Part shown: positions 50,386 through 62,950 of the stretch, piece after piece
Numbering within the stretch: the stretch's first letter is position 1
How the letters are laid out: each line of letters starts with the position of its first letter
Translations under genes and position numbers: made by a program
The notes under the pieces: model-generated
What the model was told of the DNA's origin: nothing
The model's database searches: none
Seen by the model: the letters and a program-made list of their open reading frames with translations, nothing else
Origin: an uncultured Spirochaetota bacterium
Lineage (GTDB): Bacteria > Spirochaetota > Spirochaetia > SZUA-6 > Fen-1364
Direction of reading: 5' to 3'
NCBI GenBank assembly: GCA_963781885.1
Contig: CAWAHW010000001.1
Span: forward strand, 352,001 to 416,000
Length of the DNA stretch: 64,000 nucleotides

Positions 50386-51926
50386 TTGTATATCCTGGAC
50401 GGACGGGCGCTCGCCTCGGGGCTGAACTGGCTCTGCTGCCGTGGATCCGCGGCGTCGTAGGCGACCACGGCGAAATAGTACAGGTTGCCGTTCTGCAATC
50501 CGTCGATGACAAGCGTCGTCGCCGCTCCGACATCCACCGGCGAGTCCCCCGGGGTGGCGCCGGTGCCCAGGTACGTGTGCGGCGCGTCGCCGTAGTACAC
50601 GAGATAGCCCTTCACGTTCAAATCGTTCACCTTCCGCCAGGAGAGGGTCACCTTGCCATTGCCCGGCGTGGCGACGAGGCCCGCCGGCGGAGAAGGCGGG
50701 AGATTGGGCTCGTAGACGATCCGGACGTCCGAAAGCCGCGGGCTCTGCGTGCGGGTCCCGTCGGGGTAGAGCTCGACCATGATCTGGACGTAGCGCGCCT
50801 TCACCGTGTCCATGAAATCGGTGCCGGGAACGAATGGCACCCAGTCGGTATCGGTCTTCAGGAGACGTTTGCCGCCCCAGGTGTTGGCGATCTGGTAGAA
50901 GAACTCCACGTTGGCATCCGCGGGCGTGCTCGTCACCGCCTCGATGCGCGCGATTCGCGTATCGGAGTAGCCCAGGTCGATGATCCGGCTGGTGACCGAG
51001 CCGGTCCTGCCGAGGAAGCGTGTGCTCACCGCGTCCTGTACGAAGCGCCGCGAGATGCGCAGCTCGTCCAGGAAACCGGTGTAGCCCTGCCCGACGGTGA
51101 GGGGACCCGCGTATGCCGTGCCCACCGTGGGCACGGCGATGGAGCCCGTTTCGCTGCCGCTGTCGGTGGCGTGCAGGATCGCTTCCGGCACGCCGTCCAG
51201 CATGTATTCGAGGAGCCCCGTGCGGGAATCGAAGCGCAGCAGGTGGTGGTGCCACACCCGGGGGAGGATCTGGCGCGTTCCGCTCAGGGTCAGGGGCAGA
51301 AAATGCGTCACGCCGTTTTCCGCGGGAAGCGCGAAGAGATTCTGGAAGTCCCAGACGAGCTTCATGTCGCGGATGGAGCAGCGCAGGCTCTGGCTCGCGA
51401 GCGTCGCACTCGATCCCGTCCCCTGCCGGGCGGAGCCAGACCATGACAGTATCGATTCGCCGTCGGAAAGGGAGGCGGGGGACAGCCAGAACTCGATGGT
51501 GAAATCATCCCAGACGGCGCCCGCGGAGAACATTGCATTTGCCGCCGGCTGCAGGGACACGCCCTGCCGCGCGCCGGTGAATGCGGCGCTGGCCGCGCCA
51601 AGCGCCGATTCTGCATCCGAGAGGAGCGGTGCCGTACCGGCGAGCCGGTAGTTCTTTGTCGCATCGGTCTGCGCTGGTGCATCGAAATGGAGGAGGAGAT
51701 CGGTGGCGCTGTCCGGCTCGTAGGCGCCGCTTGAAAGGGCGATGTCGTTGAAGCCCCACCTGCCGGGAACCGGCTCGACCCCGTCGAGAGTGAGCAGGTT
51801 GCTCCAGAGCTTGTCCTTGCCCAGCTCGATGGTCTTCTCCATGCCGGAAACGGGCCCGGTGGCGAGCAGGAGACAGAAAAGTATCGCTCCGGAGCGGCGT
51901 TGTTTCCGGGTCATGGCTCTGTACAT
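50382..51926 (-). CDS. Exported LamG-like plus fibronectin type III domain protein
   Basis: Signal peptide; LLLHFD, FTIEFWL, WHH, YTGFLDELRI (LamG-like); VTLSW...GYLVYYG...LQNG.LYYFAVVAYD (FN3). Confidence 0.8.
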   Translation of the reverse strand: MYRAMTRKQRRSGAILFCLLLATGPVSGMEKTIELGKDKLWSNLLTLDGVEPVPGRWGFNDIALSSGAYEPDSATDLLLHFDAPAQTDATKNYRLAGTAPLLSDAESALGAASAAFTGARQGVSLQPAANAMFSAGAVWDDFTIEFWLSPASLSDGESILSWSGSARQGTGSSATLASQSLRCSIRDMKLVWDFQNLFALPAENGVTHFLPLTLSGTRQILPRVWHHHLLRFDSRTGLLEYMLDGVPEAILHATDSGSETGSIAVPTVGTAYAGPLTVGQGYTGFLDELRISRRFVQDAVSTRFLGRTGSVTSRIIDLGYSDTRIARIEAVTSTPADANVEFFYQIANTWGGKRLLKTDTDWVPFVPGTDFMDTVKARYVQIMVELYPDGTRTQSPRLSDVRIVYEPNLPPSPPAGLVATPGNGKVTLSWRKVNDLNVKGYLVYYGDAPHTYLGTGATPGDSPVDVGAATTLVIDGLQNGNLYYFAVVAYDAADPRQQSQFSPEASARPSRIYK

Positions 51927-51950
51927 TAGTATTATAATCGGCCGAGGGGG

Positions 51951-53783
51951 GTGTTTCTATTGAAGGGTTTCGATCCACGCGACCGCGCCTACCCGGACTC
52001 GCCGGGGGTCTACATCATGAAGAATGCGGACGGCGCGATCATCTACGTCGGCAAGGCGCGCTCCCTGCGCAACCGCGTGCGCTCCTACTTTGTCGGTGAG
52101 AAGGACATCAAGACCCGGTTCCTCCTGGCGAACATCGCCGACATCGAGGTGATCATCACCCGCACGGAATACGAGGCGCTCATCCTCGAGAACAATCTCA
52201 TCAAGCAGTGGAAGCCGCAGTACAACATCAACCTGAAGGACGGCAAGACCTATCCCGTGATCCGTCTCACCGCGGAAGAGTTCCCGCGGGTTTACAGGAC
52301 CCGCCGGATGATATTCGACGGCTCGGAATACTTCGGCCCCTTTCCCAAGCCCCACCAGATCGACCTGTACCTCCGGCTCATCGAGCGCCATTTCCCCCTT
52401 TGCAAGTACCGCGGCTCGCAGAAGAAGCGCGCCTATCCCTGCCTGAACTACCACATGGGTCGTTGTGCGGGCGCCTGCTGCGGCAAGATCACCCGGGAGG
52501 AATACCTGAAGATCGTCGATGGCGTGCGCAAGCTGCTTTCCGGGCAGAGCGCGGAGCTCTTGAAGGACCTCCGGGACAAGATGAAGGCAGCCGCGGAGGC
52601 GCAGGAGTTCGAGCGCGCGGCGCGCCTGCGCGACCAGATCGCGGCCATCGAAGAGGTCTCCATCGAGCAGAGGGTGGAGGAATGGTCGGAGGAGGACCGC
52701 GACTACATCGCCCTTGCACCCAACGCGGAGGAGATCGTCGTCGTGATCCTCCAGGTCCGGGACGGAAAGCTCCTGGGCAAGGAGGTCTTCCGCGTTGCCG
52801 AGTCATCCACGGAAGAGGAGGCGCTCACCCATTTCGTGACGCGCTATTACACGGAGCGCAAGGCGATACCCGACGCCGTCTACGTGAGCCGTGCCATCGA
52901 CGTGGAGAACATCGCCCCGTACCTGCGCGAGCTTGCCGGGAAGCAGGTCGTCGTGAAGCTTCCGCAGCGCGGCAAGCACAACCAGCTCCTTGCCATGGCG
53001 GAGGCCAATGCGCGGGAAGAGGCCGCCACCGCCGCGCGCACCGCGGAGATGACAACGGCGCTGGAAGGCCTGAAGCTGGACCTGGGGCTGCCGGCGCTGC
53101 CGCGGCGCATCGAGGGATTCGACATCGCGCACCTGGAAGGCAAGGACACCATTGCCTCCATGGTGCGCTTCACCGACGGCAAGCCCGACCGGAAGCTCTA
53201 CCGCGCCTTTTCCATCCGCAGCCTGGAGGGGAAGATTGACGACTTCGAATCCATCCGCGAAGCGGTCGCGCGCCGCTACACGCGCGTGCTGAACGAGGAG
53301 CTGGACCGTCCCGACCTGATCCTGATCGACGGCGGCAAGGGCCAGCTCTCCGCGGCGCGCGGCGTTCTTTCCGGTCTGGGCCTGGCCGACATCCCCGTGA
53401 TCGGGCTTGCGAAGAAGGAGGAGGAGATCTTCATGCCCGGGCGCGAGGAGGCGCTGGCACTCGATGAAGCCTCGCCGAGCCTGCGCATCCTGGAAGCCGT
53501 GCGCAACGAATCGCATCGCTTCGCCACGAAGCTCAGCAAGAAGAGGCGCGTGAAGAGGATGTCGTTGACGCTCCTGGAGGACGTGCCCGGCATCGGCCGC
53601 ACCCGCAGCCGCAGGCTCATGGAGGTCTTCGGCTCCGTGGAGGCGATGCTCGGATCCACGGTGGAGGAGATTCAGAAGAAGGCGGGGCTCCCTAGGGCGA
53701 CAGCTGCCATGCTCCTTGCCCGGCTTGCACAACGATATAGTAGACAAGCAGACGCAGAAGGAGCTCGTGCAGGTCCGTCCTGA
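51951..53783 (+). CDS. uvrC: Excinuclease ABC subunit C
   Basis: PGVY, IYVGKA, Cys cluster, FERAARLRD, EGFDI, IDGGKGQ, HhH. Confidence 0.96.
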   Translation: MFLLKGFDPRDRAYPDSPGVYIMKNADGAIIYVGKARSLRNRVRSYFVGEKDIKTRFLLANIADIEVIITRTEYEALILENNLIKQWKPQYNINLKDGKTYPVIRLTAEEFPRVYRTRRMIFDGSEYFGPFPKPHQIDLYLRLIERHFPLCKYRGSQKKRAYPCLNYHMGRCAGACCGKITREEYLKIVDGVRKLLSGQSAELLKDLRDKMKAAAEAQEFERAARLRDQIAAIEEVSIEQRVEEWSEEDRDYIALAPNAEEIVVVILQVRDGKLLGKEVFRVAESSTEEEALTHFVTRYYTERKAIPDAVYVSRAIDVENIAPYLRELAGKQVVVKLPQRGKHNQLLAMAEANAREEAATAARTAEMTTALEGLKLDLGLPALPRRIEGFDIAHLEGKDTIASMVRFTDGKPDRKLYRAFSIRSLEGKIDDFESIREAVARRYTRVLNEELDRPDLILIDGGKGQLSAARGVLSGLGLADIPVIGLAKKEEEIFMPGREEALALDEASPSLRILEAVRNESHRFATKLSKKRRVKRMSLTLLEDVPGIGRTRSRRLMEVFGSVEAMLGSTVEEIQKKAGLPRATAAMLLARLAQRYSRQADAEGARAGPS

Positions 53784-54723
53784 TGGAGCGGAAACGCTCG
53801 TCGAATGCGGCCAGCGCCTGGAGGATCCGCTCCACGTCCGCCGCCTCGAATTTCCTTCCGCCCTCCGTATAGGTCTTCTGGTTCTTCTTGCTGAAGATGC
53901 GGAGCTTCGGAAATGCCTCCGCGCTCTGGTAGTTCTCCGCCAGCATGCGTTTGAACGCCGCGAGCCTGCGGAACTGCATCTGCAGGCCGCTTGCGATCTG
54001 CGTCGCCTCGGCCTCCCGGGAGAGGAGGATCTTGTCGAGCACCTCCTCCGCGGCGGGGAAGTCGCGCGCGCAGATGCGGTCGAAGAGCGTGAACACGTTC
54101 TCTTCCTTGGAATGATAGATGTACTGCTCGACGCCGGAAAGCTCGATGGTCGCATCGGGGCCGAAAAACTGGGCCAGCCGCTCGCACTCCACCCGCATGT
54201 CGCGCGTGTTGTTCTCCACCATGTCGAGGATGTAGTCCGTCGCCTCCGGGGCGATGGTGATGCGCCGCTGGCGGAAGAAGTTCGTCACCCAGCCCTGCTT
54301 CTGGTTGTCGAACATCTCCCAGAAGACCTTCTGGGCGGCGAAGGGCACCGCGCCGCCGGATTTCTTTTTCTGGTCGCCGACGATGCGTCTGTCGATCTCC
54401 CCGGGGAAACCCGTGCTCAAGAGGAGGAGCGTGGCGTCGGGTGCCGGTGCGGCGCAGTAGGCGGCCAGTGCCGTCACGTCTTCCCCGCGGGTGATCTGGT
54501 CGGCGTTTGCCACGATCACCAGCCGATGCGTTGAGAAGAGGGCCTGGTTGCGCAGGCGCAGGAGTATCTCCTGCACGGGAGTATCCCCGGCATAGAAGCG
54601 CGTCACCTCGGGGGCTTCCCCCATTCGCTTTTCGATTCCTGCGCGTATGGATTCGACGAACGCGGCCTTCTCACCCTCTTCGGGTCCGAGGAGAAGGCGG
54701 ACGGGGTGCTCCCCGGGGTTCAC
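53692..54723 (-). CDS. holA: DNA polymerase III delta subunit
   Basis: LLLGPEEGEK, LFSTHRLV, FWEMF, ENVFTLF. Confidence 0.8.
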   Translation of the reverse strand: MNPGEHPVRLLLGPEEGEKAAFVESIRAGIEKRMGEAPEVTRFYAGDTPVQEILLRLRNQALFSTHRLVIVANADQITRGEDVTALAAYCAAPAPDATLLLLSTGFPGEIDRRIVGDQKKKSGGAVPFAAQKVFWEMFDNQKQGWVTNFFRQRRITIAPEATDYILDMVENNTRDMRVECERLAQFFGPDATIELSGVEQYIYHSKEENVFTLFDRICARDFPAAEEVLDKILLSREAEATQIASGLQMQFRRLAAFKRMLAENYQSAEAFPKLRIFSKKNQKTYTEGGRKFEAADVERILQALAAFDERFRSIRTDLHELLLRLLVYYIVVQAGQGAWQLSP

Positions 54724-55325
54724 GCGTAGCTTCTCATGAGGAAGGCGAGCTTGCCGAGGATGCGCACGTTCTGCGTGAAGATGGGCGGATACTTGGGGTT
54801 CTCCGCCTTCAGGCGGACGCGGTTTTTTTCGACATAGAATCTCTTCAGCGTCACGGCGTCGTCCACCATGGCCACGACGATGTCGCCATTGTCCGCGGTG
54901 TTCTGCTGGGTCACGACGACCACGTCGCCGTCCATGATCCCCGCATCCTTCATGCTGTCGCCCTTCACCTGGAGGGCGAAATGCGTGGAGGCCCCCAGCG
55001 AGGCTGCCGGCACCTGCACGTAGCCCTGGAGGTTCTCTTCGGCGAAAAGCGGCCTGCCTGCCGCGACATTGCCCAGCAGGGGGACGGAGGCCACCTCTTC
55101 CTTGTCCGCCTCCGCGTCGCGCACGATCTCGATGGCGCGGGACCTGTTCTCGTGACAGCGGAGGAAGCCCTTCTTCTCCAGCGCCTTCACGTGGTCATAG
55201 CTGCCCTTCACGGAGAAACTGAAGTTGGTGGCGATCTCGCGGATGGTGGGCGGATAGCGATTCACGCGGATGAACTCGCGGATGAAATCGAACACTTCCC
55301 GCTGTCGCTGGGTGAGGCCTTTCAT
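54720..55325 (-). CDS. lexA: LexA repressor
   Basis: LTQRQ, YPPTIREI, VAAG cleavage site, GDSM Ser, TLKR Lys. Confidence 0.95.
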   Translation of the reverse strand: MKGLTQRQREVFDFIREFIRVNRYPPTIREIATNFSFSVKGSYDHVKALEKKGFLRCHENRSRAIEIVRDAEADKEEVASVPLLGNVAAGRPLFAEENLQGYVQVPAASLGASTHFALQVKGDSMKDAGIMDGDVVVVTQQNTADNGDIVVAMVDDAVTLKRFYVEKNRVRLKAENPKYPPIFTQNVRILGKLAFLMRSYA

Positions 55326-55330
55326 GTCGC

Positions 55331-56691
<1,361 letters not shown>

Positions 56692-56695
<4 letters not shown>

Positions 56696-58465
56696 CCCGG
56701 TGTCCCCCCGCCGGCGGCATCCGGCAGATCGATGAAGAACGTCGTGCCCGTGCTGCCGTCGCTTTCCGCCCAGACGTTGCCCTTGTGGTCGAAGACGACG
56801 CGCTGCACGATCGCAAGGCCCAGGCCCGTGCCGTCCTTTCGCGTGGTGAAGTAGGGATCGAAGATGCTGTCCATGTCCTTCTCGGGGATGCCCTTCCCAG
56901 TGTCGCTGACGGCGATGCGCCAGTAGGAGACGTGCGCCTTCTTGATGCGGTCGGCGCGCACCGAGAGCAGCCCGCCGTCCGGCATCGCCTGGATGGCGTT
57001 CGTGAAGAGGTTGGCAAAGACCCGTTTCATCTGCGCGCGGTCCACGGCCACGACCACCGACGGGTCGATCTCCGCCAGGTCGATGCGCACCGCGCCGGAG
57101 AGATTGCGGTAGACCGAGGCGACCTCCTCCAGCATGTCGGTAAGCCGCGCCGGGCCGATCTGCGGCATGGGCAGCTTCGCGAACTCGCCGAACTCGCGCA
57201 GCATCCGTTCCAGGTTGTCCACCTCGGTGATGATGGAGGAGACGGCGGGGCGGAGGACCTTCTCGAAATCGGGCGCTCCCTCGTCGTGCTTCTTCAGCAT
57301 GCGCTGCGCGGACAGCTTGATGGGCGTGAGAGGGTTCCTGATCTCGTGCGCAAGGCGCTGGGCGATCTCCTGCCAGGCGGTGATGCGCTCCGCCTGGAGC
57401 AGCTTCCGCCGGGAGCGCTCCAGCTCCGAGATCATGCCGTTGAAGGAGTCGACCAGCGCGGAGAGCTCGTCGCGCGGCCGGGTGAGGATGCGGAAGCTGA
57501 AGTCGCCCTCCGCGACGCGACGCGTCGCGTCCTCCAGGTGCGCGATGGGACTGATGATGCGCTCCGTGAGGAGGAGGCTCACGAGTATCGTGATGAAGAA
57601 GATGGGCAGCGAAAAAAGGAAGAAGAAGCCCACCAGCGCGATGCGGAAAAGCCGGCCGTAACCGGTCCAGCGCGGTGAAGATCGTGAGGCTCTGCGTGAG
57701 CTTGCGCACGTTCGCGCGCACGGCGGCCGTGAGCACGGAGCTTGCCACGACGGTGACCCGCTTCCCCCCCACGACGAGCGACTGTCCACGGCGGAGGATG
57801 GTCACGTCTTCCCGGTCGTCGCGGCCGCTGGCATCGAGGGCGCTGGAGAGCCGTGCGCGCGCGTCCCCGGCAAACGAGCTCGCCTTGCCGTCGATTGAGA
57901 AGACCTGCAGTGCCGCGATGGTCGGGTTGAGGGCCCGTATCGCCGGCCACTCCCGGTCGGGGGACGTGGTGAAATCCTGCACGAGAGACGGCGTGAGCGG
58001 GCTCGTCATGAAGGAGGCCAGCGCGTCCTGGATGCCCCTCTGGTAGTCGATGGAGAGATTGAGCGCGCCGCGCAGCGAATCGCCGATGGAGGAGCTGAAC
58101 CACGTGCCCATGGCGGAATTGACGAAGAAGATGCCCAGGATCGCCTGCGGCCCCGCGGAGATGATGCTGATGAGCGTGAAGAAGAGGAGGAGACGGAGAC
58201 GCAGGCCGGCCCCGGGGAAACGCAGGGCGCGCTGCCGCAGGAGGCGCACCACCTGGAATATCGTGATTCCCAAAAGGACAAGGGGCAGGGCAAGGGCGGC
58301 CAGAAGGGCGATGGTCGCCGCGGCGGGATCCGCGCCGGTGATGGTGGTGATGAATGTCCGGGAGAAGGCGATGATGATGCCGATCAGGATGATGAAGAGC
58401 AGCACCAGAATGATGAGGCCGCGCGAGGTGTTCTCCGCCATGGCGGCGCGGTCGACAGCTTTCAT
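56692..58465 (-). CDS. ntrY: HAMP sensor histidine kinase (NtrY-like), frameshift near 57660
   Basis: TM helices, HAMP, AWQEIAQRLAHEIRNPLTPI, DTGKG, GTGLGL. Confidence 0.8.
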
Positions 58466-59049
58466 TGCACGTCCCTGCGGACCCAGGGTGTGGCCACCGT
58501 GGATGCCGCGCCGACAAGACCCACGAGCGTGAGAGGCGGCATGAGGCGCACCGGCTCGAACTGGGCGCGCGCGCTCACATACAGCGTCCTCCGCGTCATG
58601 CCCACGGTGGAAACAGGGAAAACCTCGTCGAGGCCGAAGAGCCCCTCCAGGAGCGACGCGTCATCCCCGTACGTCTTTTGCCCGCCCCCGTCCCGTTCCA
58701 CGACAAACACCCCGTCGAGAAAATCCCAGAAAACGCTCCGGGAGACGATCTGCTGAGAGAGCAGCCGGTCCCGCGAGAGGAGCGCCGGCCGCCGCTGCTC
58801 GTAGAGGCGCACGGTGAACGTGATCCGCGACTCCAGGCCCTGCCGCAGCGACGCCATGAGCTCCGCCGTGCGCGGCCAGCGAAAATGCAGCGTCGTGGCG
58901 AGGACCGCGCCGCGCCGGTTCACTTCCAGGTCCACCGACTGGGCGGCAAGCGGCGCGGCGGCCAGGAGGGCCAGCGCTGCCAGCGCGAACAGGAGGCGCG
59001 CGTCACTCCTCCTCGAACCTGTTCTCGAAGAGCTTCTCGATGGCGTCAA
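58462..59049 (-). CDS. Exported DUF4390-like protein
   Basis: Signal peptide; position directly upstream of ntrY-ntrX is typical of DUF4390; exact start uncertain. Confidence 0.55.
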   Translation of the reverse strand: MTPSRSSSRTGSRRSDARLLFALAALALLAAAPLAAQSVDLEVNRRGAVLATTLHFRWPRTAELMASLRQGLESRITFTVRLYEQRRPALLSRDRLLSQQIVSRSVFWDFLDGVFVVERDGGGQKTYGDDASLLEGLFGLDEVFPVSTVGMTRRTLYVSARAQFEPVRLMPPLTLVGLVGAASTVATPWVRRDVQ

Positions 59050-59269
59050 CGGCCTTCGCCTCGTCGGGACCGTCGGCGATGATCACGAGGGTCGAGTTGT
59101 AGGTGGCTCCGAGGGTGATCACGCCCATGATCGACTTGCCGTTGACCCTCTCGTTGTCCTTCTCGATGTAGATCTGCGACGCGAAGCTGCTCGCGGTCTT
59201 CACCAGCAGCGCCGCGGGCCGGGCGTGCATGCCCGCGCGGTTTCGGATCGTGACGGTGCGCTCGATCAT
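59003..59269 (-). CDS. ptsH: HPr phosphocarrier
   Basis: GMHARPA (His15), GKSIMG (Ser46). Confidence 0.95.
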   Translation of the reverse strand: MIERTVTIRNRAGMHARPAALLVKTASSFASQIYIEKDNERVNGKSIMGVITLGATYNSTLVIIADGPDEAKAVDAIEKLFENRFEEE

Positions 59270-59275
59270 TGTCCC

Positions 59276-60261
<986 letters not shown>

Positions 60262-60265
60262 GCCC

Positions 60266-60592
60266 CTATTCCTCGGCTCCCGCCGCCGGTTCATTCTTCT
60301 TGTGGTGGTCCTTGATGCGCGACTTTTCCTTCTCGATCACGGCCTCCAGCTTGTCGAAGAGGTCGTCGATGCCCTTGTTCATATCGAAGTTCTCCACTCC
60401 GATGTGCTTCGAGGTGCCGAAACGGAAATTGAGCGTGGCGTCCAGCTTGAAAAGGCTTTTTTCCCGGGAAATGTTCAGAAGCAGATCAATGATGAGGTCC
60501 TGGGCGAAATCCAGGCGCGGCATTTTCACATCGATGTATTCCTGCACGCGGGGGGTCACCTCCACGTGTATTCCCTTCACTTCGACGTTCAT
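60266..60592 (-). CDS. hpf: Ribosome hibernation factor HPF/RaiA
   Basis: MNVEVKG...VTP...YI; follows rpoN with a 4-bp overlap. Confidence 0.85.
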   Translation of the reverse strand: MNVEVKGIHVEVTPRVQEYIDVKMPRLDFAQDLIIDLLLNISREKSLFKLDATLNFRFGTSKHIGVENFDMNKGIDDLFDKLEAVIEKEKSRIKDHHKKNEPAAGAEE

Positions 60593-61992
60593 GTACGCCT
60601 CCTCTGGTAGGACGATTCGATGGCGAGCTCGCCGCGGTACTTTGCGACCGTCCGGCGAGCCATTGAGACTCCCTTGCCGGCGAGGATTTCGACGATCTTC
60701 TGGTCCGAGAGACCGCCCCCCCGCGCGCCATGGGCACCCTCCTGCTCGATGATCTCCCTGATGATCTCCTTGACACCCTCCTTTGAAAAAACCGCGCCGC
60801 TCGCGCCGATGGCGGCGACGGAGCTGGTGAAGAAGTGCTTCAAGCTGAAGATACCCCATTCCGTCTGCATGTACTTCGCCGAGGAGATGCGCGAAACGGT
60901 CGCCTCGTGCACGCCGATCTCGTCCGCCACGTCCTTCAACGTGAGCGGCCGCATGTATTTGGGGCCCTTCAGGAAGAACTCGCGCTGGAACTCGACGATG
61001 GCGCGGCAGACCTTTAGAAGCGTCTCATTGCGCTGGCCGATGGTGCGGATGAACCAGCGCGCGTCCTGGAGGTTCTGCGTGACGAACTGGCGCGTCTTGG
61101 GGTCCTTCGGGTCGCGGCTGCGCCGCGCCATCTTTTCGAAGAGCGGGTTGATGCCGAGCACGGGGATGATCTCGTCGTTGAGGATGATGACGAACTCCCC
61201 GTTCTGTAAGAGTACCTGCACGTCGGGCAGGACGTAGCGCACGACGTCCCGCGAGTAGTTGCGCCCCGGCAGCGGGTCAAGGGTGCGGATGAAAGCGATC
61301 ACGTCCTTCAGCGCGGCTTCCGAGATGCGCAGTCCCCTTTCGATCTCCTTCAGCCGCTGCTTCTCCAGGGCGTCCAGCCAGCTCTCCACGACGACCCTTG
61401 CCCGGGGGTGCGGGTTCGGGTGGCGATCGATCTGCACGAGCAGGCTTTCGCGCACGTCCTTCACGCACGTGCCGACGGGATCGAAACCCTGGATGAGCGC
61501 GATGAGCCGGGGCAGGAGATCCTTGCCCGGGTCTTCCTGGACGAGCATCTCCGGGGGCTCCTTGTGGAAGCCGTTCTCATCGAGGTTGCGGATCAGGAGC
61601 TCACCGATGTGAAACCATTCCTCGGAGATCGGCTGCAAGGCGAGCTGCGCCAGCAGGTGCTCCTGGAGGCTTTCCGGCTGCGAAAGTGCCCCCTCGATGA
61701 ACTGGCGGCGCGAATCGCTTGCCGCATCCCCGTCGGCGCGCGAATAGCCGGTATCGGAGCTGTTGTCGATCCAGTCGTTTTCCCCCCCGGTGCTTTCCCG
61801 CGCCGGCATGGAATCCAACGACAGCGTGGACCGGTCCTCCTCCACGAGGAGGGCGGGGTTCTTCTCCAGCTCCTGCTCGATCGTTGTCTTCAGGTCCTGG
61901 AGGGGCAGCGCCATCAATTTGACCGCCTGGTAGAGCTGCGGGGTCATCTTGAGCTTCTGCACCTGCTTCAGGACGGGTCTCTGGGACTGCAC
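60589..61992 (-). CDS. rpoN: RNA polymerase sigma-54 factor
   Basis: TPQL.Q, NP, HEATVSR, ARRTVAKYR RpoN box. Confidence 0.96.
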   Translation of the reverse strand: MQSQRPVLKQVQKLKMTPQLYQAVKLMALPLQDLKTTIEQELEKNPALLVEEDRSTLSLDSMPARESTGGENDWIDNSSDTGYSRADGDAASDSRRQFIEGALSQPESLQEHLLAQLALQPISEEWFHIGELLIRNLDENGFHKEPPEMLVQEDPGKDLLPRLIALIQGFDPVGTCVKDVRESLLVQIDRHPNPHPRARVVVESWLDALEKQRLKEIERGLRISEAALKDVIAFIRTLDPLPGRNYSRDVVRYVLPDVQVLLQNGEFVIILNDEIIPVLGINPLFEKMARRSRDPKDPKTRQFVTQNLQDARWFIRTIGQRNETLLKVCRAIVEFQREFFLKGPKYMRPLTLKDVADEIGVHEATVSRISSAKYMQTEWGIFSLKHFFTSSVAAIGASGAVFSKEGVKEIIREIIEQEGAHGARGGGLSDQKIVEILAGKGVSMARRTVAKYRGELAIESSYQRRRT

Positions 61993-62149
61993 GCTAACCT
62001 CCGTCGAGAGTGTGAGCCGGGCCCATGTGATTTGTCAACTTTGTTAGCAAGGCACGGACCAAGCGTCCGTGGCGGCCGCAAATAACCTCCGGGGCGCCCC
62101 GACTCCGCCCTTCGGCGGTATGCCGCCGAGTTGAGCGGAAGGAGCGAAC

Positions 62150-62213
62150 CGCGAATGTCGCCAGGAGGACCGCGAATTGCCGAGCGACGCGAATGTCGCC
62201 AGGAGCGACCGCG
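62150..62213 (-). repeat. Tandem bulged-hairpin repeats
   Basis: CGCGAATGTCGCCAGGAG(C)GACCGCG at 62150-62174 and 62188-62213, with a degenerate unit between them. Confidence 0.75.
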
Positions 62214-62214
62214 G

Positions 62215-62950
62215 CTATGTCTCAAACTCATGGCCGAGGTAGACGGAGCGGGCGAGCTCGCTCGCCAGGAGCTCTTCCCGGCTGCCGCTCACCAGGATTT
62301 CCCCCCGGTTGATGATATGGGAGCGATTGGTGATCTGGAGGGTGTCTCTCACGTTGTGGTCGGTGATGAGGATGCCGATGCCCCGGCTCGACAGACCCTG
62401 CACAATGGTTTTCAGCTCGGAGACCGTGATCGGGTCGATGCCGGCGAAAGGCTCGTCCAGAAGGAGGAATTTCGGCTCGATGGCCAGGGACCGCGCGATC
62501 TCGGTCCTGCGTCTCTCGCCGCCGGACAGCGTATACGCCTTCTGGCGGCGCAGGGCGGTGATGCCCAGGTCGTCCAGGAGCTGGTCGAGCAGCTTCTGCT
62601 TTTCCTTGCGTGTGAGATTGTTTCGCGTTTCGATGATCGCGGCGACATTGTCTTCAACCGAAAGCTTGCGGAATACCGACGGCTCCTGCGGCAGGTAGGA
62701 GATGCCCAGGCGCGCGCGGCGATACATCGGCAAGCCCGAGACATCTCTTCTCATTGAGCCAGATTCGGCCCGCCGTGGGCTTGATGAAGCCGACGACCAT
62801 GTAAAAAACGGTCGTTTTGCCTGCGCCGTTGGGACCCAGGAGGCCGACGACCTCGCCGCTTTCCATGCTGAAGGTGACCTCGCGGACTGCCTGTTTTCGG
62901 CCGAAGCTCTTCGCCAACCCTTCGAGGAAAAGCGTTCCGTTAGTTGCCAT
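62215..62950 (-). CDS. lptB: LPS export ABC ATPase, frameshift near 62750
   Basis: GPNGAGKTT; YLPQEPSVFRKL, LSGGERRR, DEPFAGIDP, ITDHNVR. Confidence 0.92.

Noticed and set aside
47545-51444. 1299-aa ORF
   Set aside because: The N-terminal ~350 aa overlap the LamG/FN3 gene out of frame; the TPR protein starts at 50385.
62150-62213. Possible mini-CRISPR array (also considered for 18554-18720)
   Set aside because: Only 2-3 units, irregular or too-short spacers, and no cas genes.
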